Origin: Malacoraja senta
Lineage: Eukaryota
Direction: 5' to 3'
Length of the DNA: 49,381 nt
NCBI GenBank assembly: GCA_038087875.1
Contig: CM076001.1
Span: 2,296,001 to 2,345,381, forward strand
The translations under genes were made by a program, and so were the position numbers. Under the pieces are notes generated by a model, which searched no databases, was not told the DNA's origin, and was given only the letters and a program-made list of their open reading frames with translations. Positions 1 through 12,944 of this stretch are shown here, in pieces (position 1 is the first letter of the stretch; the number at the start of each line of letters is the position of its first letter).

Positions 1-99
1 TAATGCCAAAACGATTCTAGAATTGTGACATTCCGCCAAAAGCATTTAATCTGTTTAACGCCTGATGCGATGTCCTCTGTTAATATCTCCATCCATCCA

Positions 100-325
100 T
101 TTAAATATATATATAAATATATTAAAATAAATATAATAATAATATATACAATTATACATTTCGTACGAACCATGTCTGTTTTGTATGACAATAAATAGTA
201 TTCCCTAATATTATTTGTATATATTATTATATTTGTATATATTATTATAACAATTATTTTTATATGTATTACCATATTTTTAAAATATTTATATTTATAT
301 ATATTACTATATATATTACTATGTA
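100..325. repeat. AT-rich low-complexity, degenerate (TA)/(TAA) tract; paralog at about 20985-21212
   Basis: Composition seen directly. Confidence 0.8.
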
Positions 326-404
326 TGATCAGGGTTGATTTATGACTTGTCACTTGGCATCACCTTCCGCAAAAATCTTTCCATAACATTGTTTACTATC
401 AAAC

Positions 405-715
405 CCGCAGGGGTGCCGCAGAGGCAGTGATGCTGTCCTAAACCGTCAGAGATCCGGATTTGATCCTGACCACTGTAGTTGCCTGCACGGAGTTTGTCCG
501 TTATCCGCGTGACCCGTTGTCCGTTCTCCCCGTAGGCTTTTATCCGGTGCTCCGGTTTCCTCGAATACTCCAAAGACGTATCGGTTTGTAGGTTAATTGG
601 TTTCGGTAAAAATGTTAAATTATCCGCAATGTGTAGGATGGTGTTAGTGTGCGGGAATCGCTGATCAACGCGGACTCGCTGTGCCGAGGAGCCTGTTTCC
701 GCGCTGTATCTCCAA
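405..715 (+). mobile_element. tRNA-derived HE1-like (V-SINE) SINE, degenerate; paralog at about 21292-21603
   Basis: Decayed A/B-box head (gatttgatcc), V-domain-like ggtgctccggtttcctc...ccaaagacgt...aggttaattgg, CR1-type tail gcctgtttccgcgctgtatctc. Confidence 0.8.
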
Positions 716-2690
716 ATGGAATATATGTGTGTGTATAGACATATTATTGCACGAATGTGGGAGAAGCAGTCTCCAAGAAGGTTATCAAGAATTGTGGTCT
801 GGGCACTTACATAGAAAATCATAGATGGCCACAAAAAGAAAAGTGTGATGGGCATGGAACGGTTGAGGAACGGAATTGTGGACCTATTGCCATTGAGAGC
901 TGAAGGCTTGCTCTTGCATTCAAAGTATGAAGGAATGTAAATTATGTTATGGAAACATTTGTGCAGAAGTTGCCGCCAAGACAAAAGTCACCAATCAACC
1001 CTGATCCTCGTGAATATCTTAGCTGGCACAAACAGCTGAAAGATCCCTTATTCTTCGTAATCAGTTACATTTTAATTGGAAGCCTTCTCCATTTTTCTCA
1101 ATGTCTGCCCAACTGCGGAGTCCTACCTGGGGTGCACTCGATTCTGAGAAGCTTCCTTTCGAGCGTATTCCTCTTGTTTTTATTCTACTCTCTTAGCCTC
1201 TGCAGAACTGCAGCGTCTGCGCTGTGGTAGTGGCTTGGAAGATACATGCCAGACCAATTTGTAACTATGACCAATCAGAAAAGCGAACCTTCGCCCTTTA
1301 CCGCCCCGACTACTAGACTCTGCTTCCTTAAAATATTATTAGATTCCCTTGCTTGAGTAAACACCATCCGCTACCGTTGGATGCAACTGGTGAAGAGTGA
1401 ATCTTTAATGTACATTGTAATCTCATTATATCAATGAGTACTTACATGAGCAATCAGAGATGGGTTCAGAGAAGAACAGTGTGATGATGGGGAAGAATCG
1501 AGGACCGAAATAGTAGAGCTATTGCCATTCATTTGGAGGCGTGCCGGCTGGATTCTACGGATGGAGGGTTTTATGGTAAATCAGATTCAGAAAAGATTGC
1601 TGTGGAAGGTGGCGCCACGTCACAAATGGACACTGATCCCAATGGATATCAAAACTGGCACAAACAACTGAAGGAAAACTAATTTTGAGCCAAAAATACA
1701 TTTGTTATCAGTTTATATGTCGATAAAATGTTAGTTCATCAGTCTCCATTTTTTCGCTGCAGGTCACTAAACAGCCGATACGTCGCCTACCCGACAAGAA
1801 ATGCTCTCAAGACGGAGAAGCAATCCTTTGCGCTTCTTCATCTCCGTGATGCGTACAATGAGAGCGATAAATGATGCAAATGATGCAACCGCTCAAAACA
1901 CATATGTACTGGTACGCCGAATTTAGCTACTTCGCCTCGGCAGAGCTCCAGCGTCGGCGCTGCATCAATGGAGGTGGGATATTAATGAAAATCGATTCAG
2001 AATATCTTTACCACACAGGTGAACCTACTCACTTTACCGCCCTCTACTGGACACTCGCTTGTTACACTCTGCTTCCATTAAAATATAATTAGTAATGCCA
2101 ACTTGTATGAATAGCACCCACAACCTTTGGCTGCATCTAGTCCAGAGTTAATAATTGTGATGAAAACCGAAAGCCTCTGCAAGGTGCAATGAGGCATTAC
2201 ATTGAGTGCGAGAAGCAAAAATAAAATCGAACTCTCATTAACGTAAATGTTGCAGCAAGAATTGTATTAAACACATTTGTGCACTGGGCACTTACACACG
2301 TAACCATGGAACGTCTGAAAGAAGACTAGAGTAATGGAGCATGAAATGTTTATGTCCATAACTCTATGTCTGTTTTCATTGCGTGCTGGAGACTTTGCCG
2401 CTGGATTCAAAGGAAGGTGGAAACAGTTAACGGCGAGGCTCAATTCCGGAAACATTGGAGGTCTGCTCCAGTACAACATACCACATGGCCGCCCACCCCA
2501 CTGGACACTTTGAACAACGCGCCCGTGTCGCATGTTAAATAGATGGCCAAATATGCATTCCAGTGCAGGGAACGCGTTCAGATTGTACTTCTCAGCTATT
2601 TTTTTGAAAATTGATGCGGAAAGGTTTCAAAGAAAACTCCTTCATTACATAGTTTTTGCACTCACTCACGAAGGGATTATTATTGTAATG

Positions 2691-3603
2691 TTATTTTACA
2701 CCAGGTTTTCTCGATTTTATTAAACTTACAGTTAGGGTGAAGGGGCATTTGAGTACCTGGAGCAGCTGCTCTCTGAACCTCCTCTGGGTCACGTTGTAAA
2801 TGAGCGTGATTGTGCAGGTGTTCAACAGTTGTAGCAAAATTCCAGTTTGTTCAAATGTTGCAAATGGGTTCTTCAACCCTCTGAACCAAAATCCGTTCGT
2901 ACATCGATAGAAAACGAAATATGCTACAGTTGTGCCCCAGAGCAGCATAAAGCTGCTGGAAATTGCTACAAGTAAAATTACGGACCGTCTGCGGTTTGCG
3001 ATTTCGGGGTCCTCGCTACTGAGATCGCGGAGTTTTTTGCGGACACGACTGGCCACTAAAATGCGTCTGACAGTGAGCATGTTCATAAGCATAATCAAAC
3101 AAAATGGAATGACTGGCATTAGCAGCTGTTGAGTCGAGGAAAATGCTATCCACGATGGCAGAACATAAAAGTGATATGGTATTTGGCAACCCCACAGTAT
3201 ACCCTGCTGATCCCTGCGATAATAAGTGTACGTAAATGGCCAGGGAGCGTTCTGTAAACAAAGGACGCAGTTAGGGTCACTATAACCACCAGCGCGGTTC
3301 TTTCGGTGCAGTATCTGGTTCTCAGATTCTGAGTGGAAATGGCCACAAAGCGATCAAATGTGAAAGCGACCCTGAGCCAAACCGAACAGGCAACGGCGGC
3401 GGGAGCGAGGAACATAATGCACCTGCACACAGTATTGTGGAAGAGGAATGTGCGCCACCAGCAAACGTCGGCAATCCGATGTAATATCACTTCGCAGACA
3501 ATCACTGAGAGGTCCACCGCCGCCATGGCCACCAGGTAACGAGTGGTGCATTTTGAGAGACCACAATTTCTGCGGGACAGTATCACAATCGCCAACAAGT
3601 TCA
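2691..3603 (-). pseudogene. GPR139/GPR142-like class A GPCR pseudogene (exon 2 only)
   Basis: Paralog of 23585-24498 but 913 vs 914 nt: net 1-nt deletion at about 3261-3265 (aaaca aagga cgcag vs aaaca gaacaa cgcag) splits the ORF; acceptor ...ctcccccAG is retained but exon 1 is absent from unit 1. Confidence 0.92.
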
Positions 3604-4031
3604 CTGGGGGAGTAGAAAAGAGGAAACTGTCGTTACATGAAAAGGAAACGCGATGGTAATTTGGGGTGGGGGTAAATTTTTGGTACGGTTTGTTTATTTG
3701 GTCTAAAACGACTGCTCTACTTGCAATCCCTCAGTGCGTGCTAAGGAGATGTGCGCATTAGCTATCAGCGGTTTACGCCGGTAGCGTGAGCCCTCCCCAG
3801 CCGCCTTTGATGAACCACAGACTGCATATTGCAGCAGCAGTTCCGCATCAGACGCCATCGTCCTGGAAATAAACCCGTCTCTCCAACAGCCAGGCAGGAA
3901 GGAGTCGAACGTTAGATTCCCAATTCTCCGCTGGAGCATTTGCCTTCTACACTACTCCCTTCCAAACACATTGATAAACTCCCGAGCCTAGCGATCAGCA
4001 CTCCAGCTTGCGATTGGATACACGACTTTCT

Positions 4032-6252
4032 TTTTTTTAATTTTTTTATTTGTATTTTATTAGAAGTACATTACATTACAACCACGTACGTTAGTACTTG
4101 TCATTTATATCTTCTTACAATTAATGTACTCCATTTATTTTTTACACTAGAAAAGGAAAAGATTGAAAGAAAGAAGAAAGTGAAGGAAAAAGTGAAAGTG
4201 TAGGAAATGTGACAACAAAAAAGGACGAAGACCCTATAAGAGCAAAATTAAAAACAAAAGAAAAAGAGTTAAGAAATAGACCCTAGGAAAGAAAGAAAGA
4301 GAGAAAGAGGAAAAAGAGAAAAACAAATATTTTTATGAGCATTACGTAAATCGGACATACCAGCTCTTCAACTATCATCCCCCCCTTACCTGACCTCAAT
4401 TTTTTTTTAAAGTACTTTTGCACCCTATGTTTGTAATAATTCTATAAATGCAGACCACGTCAGGTGGAAGTGATCTGGTTTACCTGCTAGGAGGAGTCTT
4501 ATCTCTTCTAGGTGTAATGTTTCAAACATATTTGAAATCCACATATTTATAGTTGGTATTGGAGCCTTCTTCCAAAATTTTAGAATTCGCTTTTTTCCAG
4601 TTATTAACCCATAGTCCATTAGTTTCTTTTGAAACACATTTAGATCTGGACCATCTTCCGTTATTCCGAAGATAATCCATTCTGCTTTGGGTATCAGTCT
4701 TGTTTTAAATAACTTTGTAAAGATTTCAAAAATGTCATTCCAAAATTTTTGAATTTTTGTACAAGAAACGAATGAGTGCGTTATGGTAGCTTCTTGGGAT
4801 TGACATTTATCACAAATAGTGATACATTTGGGAAAATTTTATGAATTTTAGTTTTCGAATAATATAATCTATGTAAAATTTTAAATTGTATTAAAGTGTG
4901 TCTTACATTAATCGAGCATTTATGCACGTTTAATAAGTATTCATTCCAACTTTCCTTTGAAATTTTAATAGCTAACTCTTGTTCCCAGTCTCTTCTGATA
5001 CCCTCCGTAGATGGTATTTGTGTATTTAAGATAATATTATACAAATATTATATTAAGTTTGCTGATTCCGCTTTTATCTGCATTGCCTCGTCCAGTACAT
5101 CTGCTGGGTTATTATGATGATCTTTTGTATATTTTTTCAAATAGTCGCATATTTGAAAGTATTTAAAATATTGATTATTTCCGAGTTTATATTTTATTTG
5201 TAATTGTTGAAATGAAAGTAAATTTTCCAGTTTCATACAAGTCACCAAGCGTTTTAATTCCTAATCTATCCCATTGTGTATGCTTTATCTATAATAGAAG
5301 GATTAAACGAAGGGTTATTGACTATAGGTAATAAAAGTGATAAATTTCTTAATTTTAAATTTTGTTTTATTTGTTTCCAAATTCGGATTGTACTATGAAT
5401 AATTGGGTTCTTATTATAATTTATGTTATTCAATTTCATTGGAGAGAGGAGGATCGCTCCAATGTTTCTAGAGGAGCAATCCTCTTTCTCCATTACAATC
5501 CAGTCCGCTTGCTGGGCGGAGTTATCCATCAGTTGAATCATATTTTTAATATTTACTGACCAATAATAATACATAAAATTAGGTAGTGCTAAACCCCCTA
5601 ATACTTTAGGTTTATTCAGATGAGTTTTTGTATTCTATGTGATTTATAGTCCCATATAAAATTAGTGATATCTGAGTCGAGTTTTTTAAAAAACTTCTTT
5701 GGTAAGTATATAGGAATTGATTGAAATAGGTATAAAATTTGTGGTAAAAAGATCATTTTTATTGCGTTTATTCGGCCTATTAAAGACATCGGGAGCGTTT
5801 TCCAGAATTTAATTAGTGTGTTTAATTTATTAAGTAAGGGGTCAAAATTTGCCCTAAACATACCTTGATATGATCTGGTAATTTCGATTCCCAAATAATT
5901 AAATTTTTCTGTAGCTATTTTAAAAGGGAATTTTAAAAAATGTGTTGAATCTTTCGGTTTTATTGACATAATTTCACTTTTATTCCAATTTATTCTATAT
6001 CCAGAAAAAGATCCAAAATCTTCAATTAAATTTAATATATTTGGTATAGTGATTTGAGGTTTTGTAATGTACAGTAATATATCATCCGCATATAAAGATA
6101 TTTTATTATATGAATCTTTAGTATTATATCCATGGATATTAGGGTGTATTCTAATTTTTTCTGCTAGCGGTTCAATAATGAGAGCAAACAGTTGTGGTGA
6201 TAATGAGCATCATTGTCTATTTCCCCTTGATAGTTGGAATTTCGAAGATAAT
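4032..6252 (-). mobile_element. 5'-truncated L1 LINE (RT C-terminal half, C-terminal domain, 3'UTR, polyA), disrupted
   Basis: Minus-strand LSRGNRQ*CSLSPQLFAL, LYADD, GRINAIKMIFLPQILYLFQ, QFKILHRLYY; T-tract at the left end; 19-bp TSD attggatacacgactttct at 4013-4031 and 6253-6271; empty site at about 24910-24930. Confidence 0.95.
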
Positions 6253-6315
6253 ATTGGATACACGACTTTCTAATGAACATACCTTAATCAGTGAGAATTA
6301 GTGATAACATATGTT

Positions 6316-9300
6316 ACGACATAGGTAGAAAAAGAGAAGATGTCTTGAAAGGAGAATTTAGGGAGTTCGGATGAGAGTTAAGGTGAAGGAGCGCAAAGGT
6401 AACAATCTCAGGATTAATACCTGTGCCAAGCGACGGTGAGAGTAGGAATGGAATGAGGTGGAGGATAATTGCGTGGCTGAGGAACTGGTGCATCGGGCAG
6501 GGATTCAAATTTCTGGATCATTGGGACCTCTTTTGGGGAAGGTGTGACCTGCACAGAAAGGACGGGTTGCACTTGAACCCGAGGGGGACCAATATCCTGG
6601 CGGGGAGATTTGCAAAGGCTACTGGGGAGACTTTAAACTAGAACGGTTGGGGGGAGGGACTCAAATAGAGAAAGCTAGTGGAAAATGTGGGAGGCAGGAG
6701 GCATAGAAGGGAAGCACTCGGACCCAAAATGTAGGGGACAAAGAAGAAAAAGATAATAAACAGAGAATAAGTGGTGATGGGTTTCTTAAATGTGTATATT
6801 TTAATGCTAGGAGCATTATAAGAAAGGTGGATGAGCTTAGAGCCTAGATTGACACCTGGAAGTATGATGTTGTGGCGACCAGTGAAACATGGTTGCAGGA
6901 GGGCTGTGATTGGAAACTAAATAATCCAGGATTTCGTTGCTTCATGGGTGATAGAATTGGAGGGGCAAGAGGTGGGGGTGTTGCATTGCTTGTCAAGGAA
7001 GTTATTACAGCAGTGCTTTGGCAGGATAGATTAGAGGGCTCGTCTAGGGAGGCTATTTGGGTGGAACTGAGAAATGGGAAAGGTGTAGCAACACTTATAG
7101 ACCGCCAAATGGGGAGCGAGAATTGGAAGTGCAAATATGTAAGGAGATAGCAGATATTAGTAGTAAGCACAAGGTAGTGATTGTGGGAGATTTCAATTGT
7201 CCACACATAGACCGGGAAACACATTCTGTAAAAGGGCTGGATGGTTTGGAGTTTGTAAAATGTGTGCAGGATAGTTTTTTGCAGCAATACATAGAGGTGC
7301 CTACTAGAGAAGGGGCAGTGCTCGACCTCCTGTTTGGAAATGAGTCAGGGCAGGTGGCGGAGGTATGCGTCGGGGAGCACTTCGGGTCCAGTGATCACAA
7401 TACCATTAGTTTCAATACAACTATGGAGAGGGTCAGAACTGGGCCTAGGGTTGAGATTTTTGATTGGAGAAAGGCTAACTTTGAGGAGATGCGAAAGGAT
7501 TTAAAACGAGTGAAGTGGGACATGTTGTTTTATGGGAAGGATGTAGACGAGAAATGGAGGACATTTAAGGGTGACATTTTAAGAGTACAGAATCTTTATG
7601 TCCTTGTTCGGTTGAAAGGAAATAGTAAAAATTGGAAAGAGCCATGGTTTTCAAGGGAAATTGGACACTTGGTTCGGAAAAAGAGAGAGATCTACAATAA
7701 TTATAGGCAGCATGGAGTAAATGAGGTGCTTGGGGAGTATAAAGAATGTCAAAAGTATATTAAGAAAGAAATTAGAAAAGCTAAAAGAAGATATGAGGTT
7801 GCTTTGGCAAGTAAGGTGAAAGTAAATCCAAAGGGTTTCTACAGCTATATTAATAGCAAAAGGATAATAAGGAATAAAATGTGTCCATTAGAGAGTCAGA
7901 GTGGACAGCTATCTGCAGAGCCAAAAGAGATGGGGGAGATATTCAACAATTTCTTTTCTTCGGTATTCACCAAGGAGAAGGATATGGAATTATGTGAGGT
8001 AAGGGAAACAAGCAGAGTAGCAATGGAAACTGTGAGATTCAAAGAAGAGAAGGTGCGGACACTTTTGAAAAATATGGAAACTGATAAGTCGCCAGGTCCT
8101 TACAGGATATTCCCTAGGACATTGAGGGAAGTTAGTGTAGAAATAGCAGGGGCTATGACAGAAATATTTCAAATGTCATTAGAAACGGGAAAAGTGCCGG
8201 AGGATTGGCGTACCGTTGTTTAAAAAGGGTTCGAAGAGTAAACCTAGCAATTATAGACCTGTTAGTTTGACGTCAGTGGTGGGCAAATTAATGGAAAGGA
8301 TACTTAAAGATAATATATATAAGCATCTGGATAACCAGGGTCTGATTAGGAACAGTCAACATGGATTTGTGCCTGGCAGGTCATGCTTGACTAATGTTCT
8401 TGAATTTTTCGAAGAGGTTACTAGGGAAATTGATGAGGGTAAAGCAGTGGATGTTGTCTATATGGACTTCAGTAAGGCCTTTGACAAGGTTCCTCATGGA
8501 ATGTTGGTTAAGAAGATTCAATTGTTGGGTATTAATGGTGGAGTAGCAAGATGGATTCAACAGTGGCTGAATGGGATATGCCAGAGAGTAATGGTGGATG
8601 GCTGTTTGTCAGGTTGGAGGCCGGTGACTAGTGGGGTGCCTCAGGGGTCTGAGTTGGCTCCACTGTTGTTTGTCATGTACATCAATGATCTGGATGATGG
8701 TGTGGAAAATTGGATTAGTAAGTATGCAGATGATACTAAGATAGGTGGTGTTGTGGATAATGAAGTAGATTTTCAAAGTCTACAGAGAGATTTAGGCCAT
8801 TTGGAAGACTGGGCTGAAAGATGGCAGATGGAGTTTAATGCTGACAAATGTGAGGTGCTACATCACGGCAGGACAAATCAAAATAGGACGTACATGGTAA
8901 ATGGTGGCGAATTGAAGAATGCAGTTGAACAGAGGGATCTAGGAATAACTGTGCATAGTTCCCTGAAGGTGGAATCTCAGGTGGTAAAGAAAGCTTTTGG
9001 TGTGCTGGCCTTTATAAATCAGAGCATTGAATATAGAAGTTGGGATGTAATGTTAAAATTGTACAAGGCATTGGTGAGGCCAATTCTGGTGTATGGAGTA
9101 CAATTTTGGTCGCCTAATTATAGGAAGGATGTCAACAAAATAGAGAGAGTACAGAGGAGATTTACTAGAATGTTGCCTGGGACATGACTTGAGAATTAAG
9201 GGACAGAAGTTTAGGGGTAACATTAGGGGGAACTTCTTTACTCATAGATTGGTAGCTGTGTGGAATGAGCTTCCAGTGGAAGTGGTTGAGGCAGGTTCGA

Positions 9301-9386
9301 TGTATTCCTTTAAAAATAGATTGGATGGGTATATGGACGGGAAAGGAATGAAGGGTTATGGTCTGAGTGCAGGTAGATGGGACTAG
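6316..9386 (+). mobile_element. CR1 LINE, family A: ORF1 esterase C-terminus plus ORF2 (APE endonuclease, RT); truncated at both ends with internal deletions
   Basis: ORF1 end DGLHLNPRG...GETLN*; FNARSI, ETW, GDFN, SDH endonuclease motifs; YRPVSLTS, GVPQGS, KYADD RT motifs; deletion near 9181; no 3' tail; absent from unit 2. Confidence 0.95.
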
Positions 9387-10229
9387 GGGGAAGTACATTA
9401 AAAATAAGATTAATATTAAACACAATTTTAAAAATACAAAAATATTTTTTTTTAATGCAGCAAAATACATGTCATATACCATTTATCCACATATGCTGCG
9501 ATATAATACAGTATTTTATTTGTAGCATTTGTAATGCATTTTCCAGAGACGGTTCCATTCACTTAACATGCACCCATTAATAATTTGATCCTGGATTCCC
9601 CGTGCAGCTCATTTTCAAAAGAAAATGGAATCATTCTTCGGCAGGGTCCAAATGATGTCAATCACAGCAACCTTCTAGACGACATCTTATACAATTCAGC
9701 TACAACAGCAGCATTACTATCTTTCAACTGCTGGCATTTCTTGAAGTAAATAATATGCAAATATTATGTGTAACGAGGAAACTGACCAGAAATAAATATC
9801 GACAAGAAATGTTCTTGATCTACAGGTTATCTTGAAAGTAATGTGTTATTTCATAAAACGAGAGGTGAACTGATTTTGATGTTGTTTCAGATATTAGGGC
9901 GAAATAATCTCAATGCATTGATCCGTTGGAGATATCAAGAATGTTGATGGGCAAGATGATAGAGCCGACTGAATCGGTTAAGGGGAGTCTGACCGGCGGT
10001 ACATGTTTGGGAACAGATCATTCTGAAGAAAGTCGTGACCTAAGAAAGAAGTGTCATGTTTTGTGCACTCAAACTAAGCAATTCACAGAAAAAAAAATTC
10101 ACAGAGCAGTACAGCACAGGAGGAGGGATATTATTTTTCGAAATAATTCATTAAGGATCCATTTAAACTAGGGAGTATGCAACTCTATTCACAATACTGG
10201 TACTAATATTGGGCGGAGTGAATTGTAAG

Positions 10230-10860
10230 ATGGACAGGATAATGCAGAAGCGTTTTCCCTCTGCAGCGAACAAAACAATGAGGAGTTATGGAGGGTTAAA
10301 ATAAGACACGGTGATGATCAGTGGAGGTATATTATTTTGTTCCTCGGATATACGTCTCTAAAAGAGGGCAAAAGTACCAAATGAGGCGGTAAATGTTTAA
10401 AGGGACGCAGCGTCAACTCTTCCTCGCGGGCGGGGCAGGTATATTGAACGAACTCTCACTGTAAGTGGTAGTTGCATGTTACACAGCACGGAAAGAGGGC
10501 CATTTCTCCATCTTGTTCATGAACAATCTGCTTACAACCAATGCGAGTAAATTTGAATGTGGATGGTAGGATTTTTTCTTCCCTCCGCCAGCATGAGGTG
10601 TGGCCTTATTTCACTGCGGGAGTCCCACGCAGTTGGGTATAAGTGGAATTCAAACATCTGGTATAGGACGTTGGCGAGACAGCACGTGCGATGTTCTTCA
10701 GATCGCAATATGTTAGCATTGATACCATTAATGTGGGGAGTGGCAGAGTGTTAATGAAAAAGTTTTTGCCAGGACTGGAGACGTTCAATTCCGAGAGAGA
10801 CTGTATAGGTCAGGATGTTTTATTTCTCTGGAGCGAACGATGTTGTGAGTAGACATTTCA
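10230..10860 (+). mobile_element. Very old, degenerate CR1 3'-region fragments; paralog at about 26510-27135
   Basis: Residual similarity to CR1 ORF2 3' end, e.g. ttgccaggactggag...gagagactgtataggtcagg...ctctggagcg. Confidence 0.5.
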
Positions 10861-11154
10861 AGTTTTGAACGTTATCACGAGAGGCAATATAATCAAGACA
10901 GTCGTCGATATGCCGAATTTTCTTCCAAATGAGGAGGAAGAGAGATATAGTAACGTTGAAGACTCGGATGTTAACTCCAGAATCGTGTGGCTTGCACAAG
11001 CGGAAGGTAATTTGTTCTTCGATCTTGGCATAGATTTCTAGTGTAATACAGCGTGAAACATAGTCATATTCCTCTTAACATATCTTATCTATGTACCTGT
11101 CGCAATATTTCTTAAACGTTGCGACAATACCTGCCTAAACTACATCCTTGAAGA

Positions 11155-12013
11155 TTGGACCATGAAGATTGAAAAAAGTGAATTTATTATTGGGAACAAG
11201 GAAATGGCAGATGGGTTGAACAGGTACTTTGGATCCGTCTTCACTTAGGAGGACACAAACAATTTTCTTGATGTGGCCAGAGGATCTGGGGGACGAATGA
11301 ACTGAAGGAAATCCACATTAGGCATGAAATGGTGTTCTGTAGACTGATGGGACTGAAGGCTGATAAATCCCCAAGGCCTGATAGTCTGCATCCCAGGGTA
11401 CTTAAGGAAGTGGCTTAGAAATTGTGGATGCATTGGTGATAATTTTCCAATGTTCTATAGATTCAGGATCAGTTCCTGTGGATTGGAGGGTAGCTAATGT
11501 TATCCCACTTTCTAAGAAATGCGGGAGAGAGAAAACAGGGAATTATAGACCAGTTTGCCTGACATCGGTAGTTGGGTAGATGCTGGAATAAATTATAAAA
11601 GAATAGCGGCACATTTGGTTAGCAGTAACAGGATCGGTCCGAGTCAGCATGGAATTATGAAGGGGAAATCATGCTTGACTAATCTTCTGGAAATTTTTTA
11701 AGGATGGAAGTAAGAAAATGGACAAGGGAGAGCCAGTGGATGTAGTGTCCTGGTCATGCAGAAAGCATTTGATAAGGTCCCACAGGAGATTAGTGGGCAA
11801 AATTAGGCCACATGGTATTGGTGGTAGAGCGCTGACATGGATGGAAAATTGTTTGGCAGACAGAATACAAAGAGTAGGGATTAACGGGTCCCATTCGGAA
11901 TGGCAGGCAGTGAAAAGTTGGGTACCGCAAGGCTCGGTGCTGGGACCGCAGCTATTTACAATATACATAAATGATTTGGATGAAGGGAATCAAAGTAACA
12001 TGAGCAAATTTGC
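11155..12013 (+). mobile_element. CR1 ORF2 internal fragment (family B); paralog at about 27503-28375
   Basis: GNKEMA, KSPRPDSLHPRVLKE, VPQGSVLGPQLFTIYINDLDEG...SKFA; frameshifted. Confidence 0.9.
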
Positions 12014-12775
12014 TATCCATGTCAGCACTCTACCCCCAATACCATGTGCCCTAATTTTGCCCACTAATCTCCAATGTGGGACTTTATCAAATGCTTTCTG
12101 AATGTCCAGGTGCACTTCATCCTCTGGCTCTCCCTTGTCCATTCTCCTAGTTAAATCCTCAAAAAATTCCAGAAGATTACTCAAGCATGATTTCCCCTTC
12201 GTAAATCCATGCTGACTCGGACCGATCCTGTTGCTTCTCTCCAAATGAGCCGCCATTTCATCTTACATAGTTGACTCCAGCATCTTCCCTACCACCGATC
12301 TCAAGCTAACTGATCTATAATTCACTGTTTTCTCTCTCCCGCCTTTCTTAAAAAGTGCGATAACATCAGCTACACTCCAGTCCACAGGAACTTATCCTGA
12401 ATCTATAGAACATTGGAAAATGATCACCAATGCGTCCACGATTTCTAGAGTCACTTCCTTATCTACCCTGGGATGCAGATCATCAGGCGCTGGGGATTTA
12501 TCAGCCTTCAATCGCATCAGTCTACCCAACACCATTTCCTGCCAATTGTCGATTTCCTTCAGTTACTCCGTCACCCCAGATCATCTGGCTAGTACATCTG
12601 GAAGATTGTTTCTGTCCTCCTTAGTGAAGACGGATCGAAAGTACCTGTCCAACTCATTTGCCATTTCCTTGTACCCCGCAATAAATTGACCCTGTTCAGT
12701 CTTCAAGGGTCCAACTATGGTCTTAACTATTTTTTCCTCATCACATACCTAAAGAAGCTTTTACTAACCTCCTTT
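12014..12775 (-). mobile_element. CR1 ORF2 internal fragment (family B), inverted relative to the preceding fragment; in unit 2 it is split into 28376-28736 and 33626-34030
   Basis: Minus-strand QHGFTKGKSCLSNLLEFFED, DIQKAFDKVPH, GIGGRVLTWI. Confidence 0.9.
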
Positions 12776-12944
12776 GTATTTATACTTGTATTTGTTTAGT
12801 TTACTTTAACTACACCAAACTAATGTAAACTAACTAAACTAGCACGCTGCAGAAACTGGTGACCGGCAGCAAAGCCATTAGTGAATGACTTTGTCAATTC
12901 AGCAAGATGAAGAAACGTAATAAGAACAGCGTGTTTCACAGCCG

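Noticed and set aside
340..984. 214-aa minus-strand ORF conserved in both units
   Set aside because: Non-ATG start, runs antisense through a SINE, and conservation only reflects near-identical DNA
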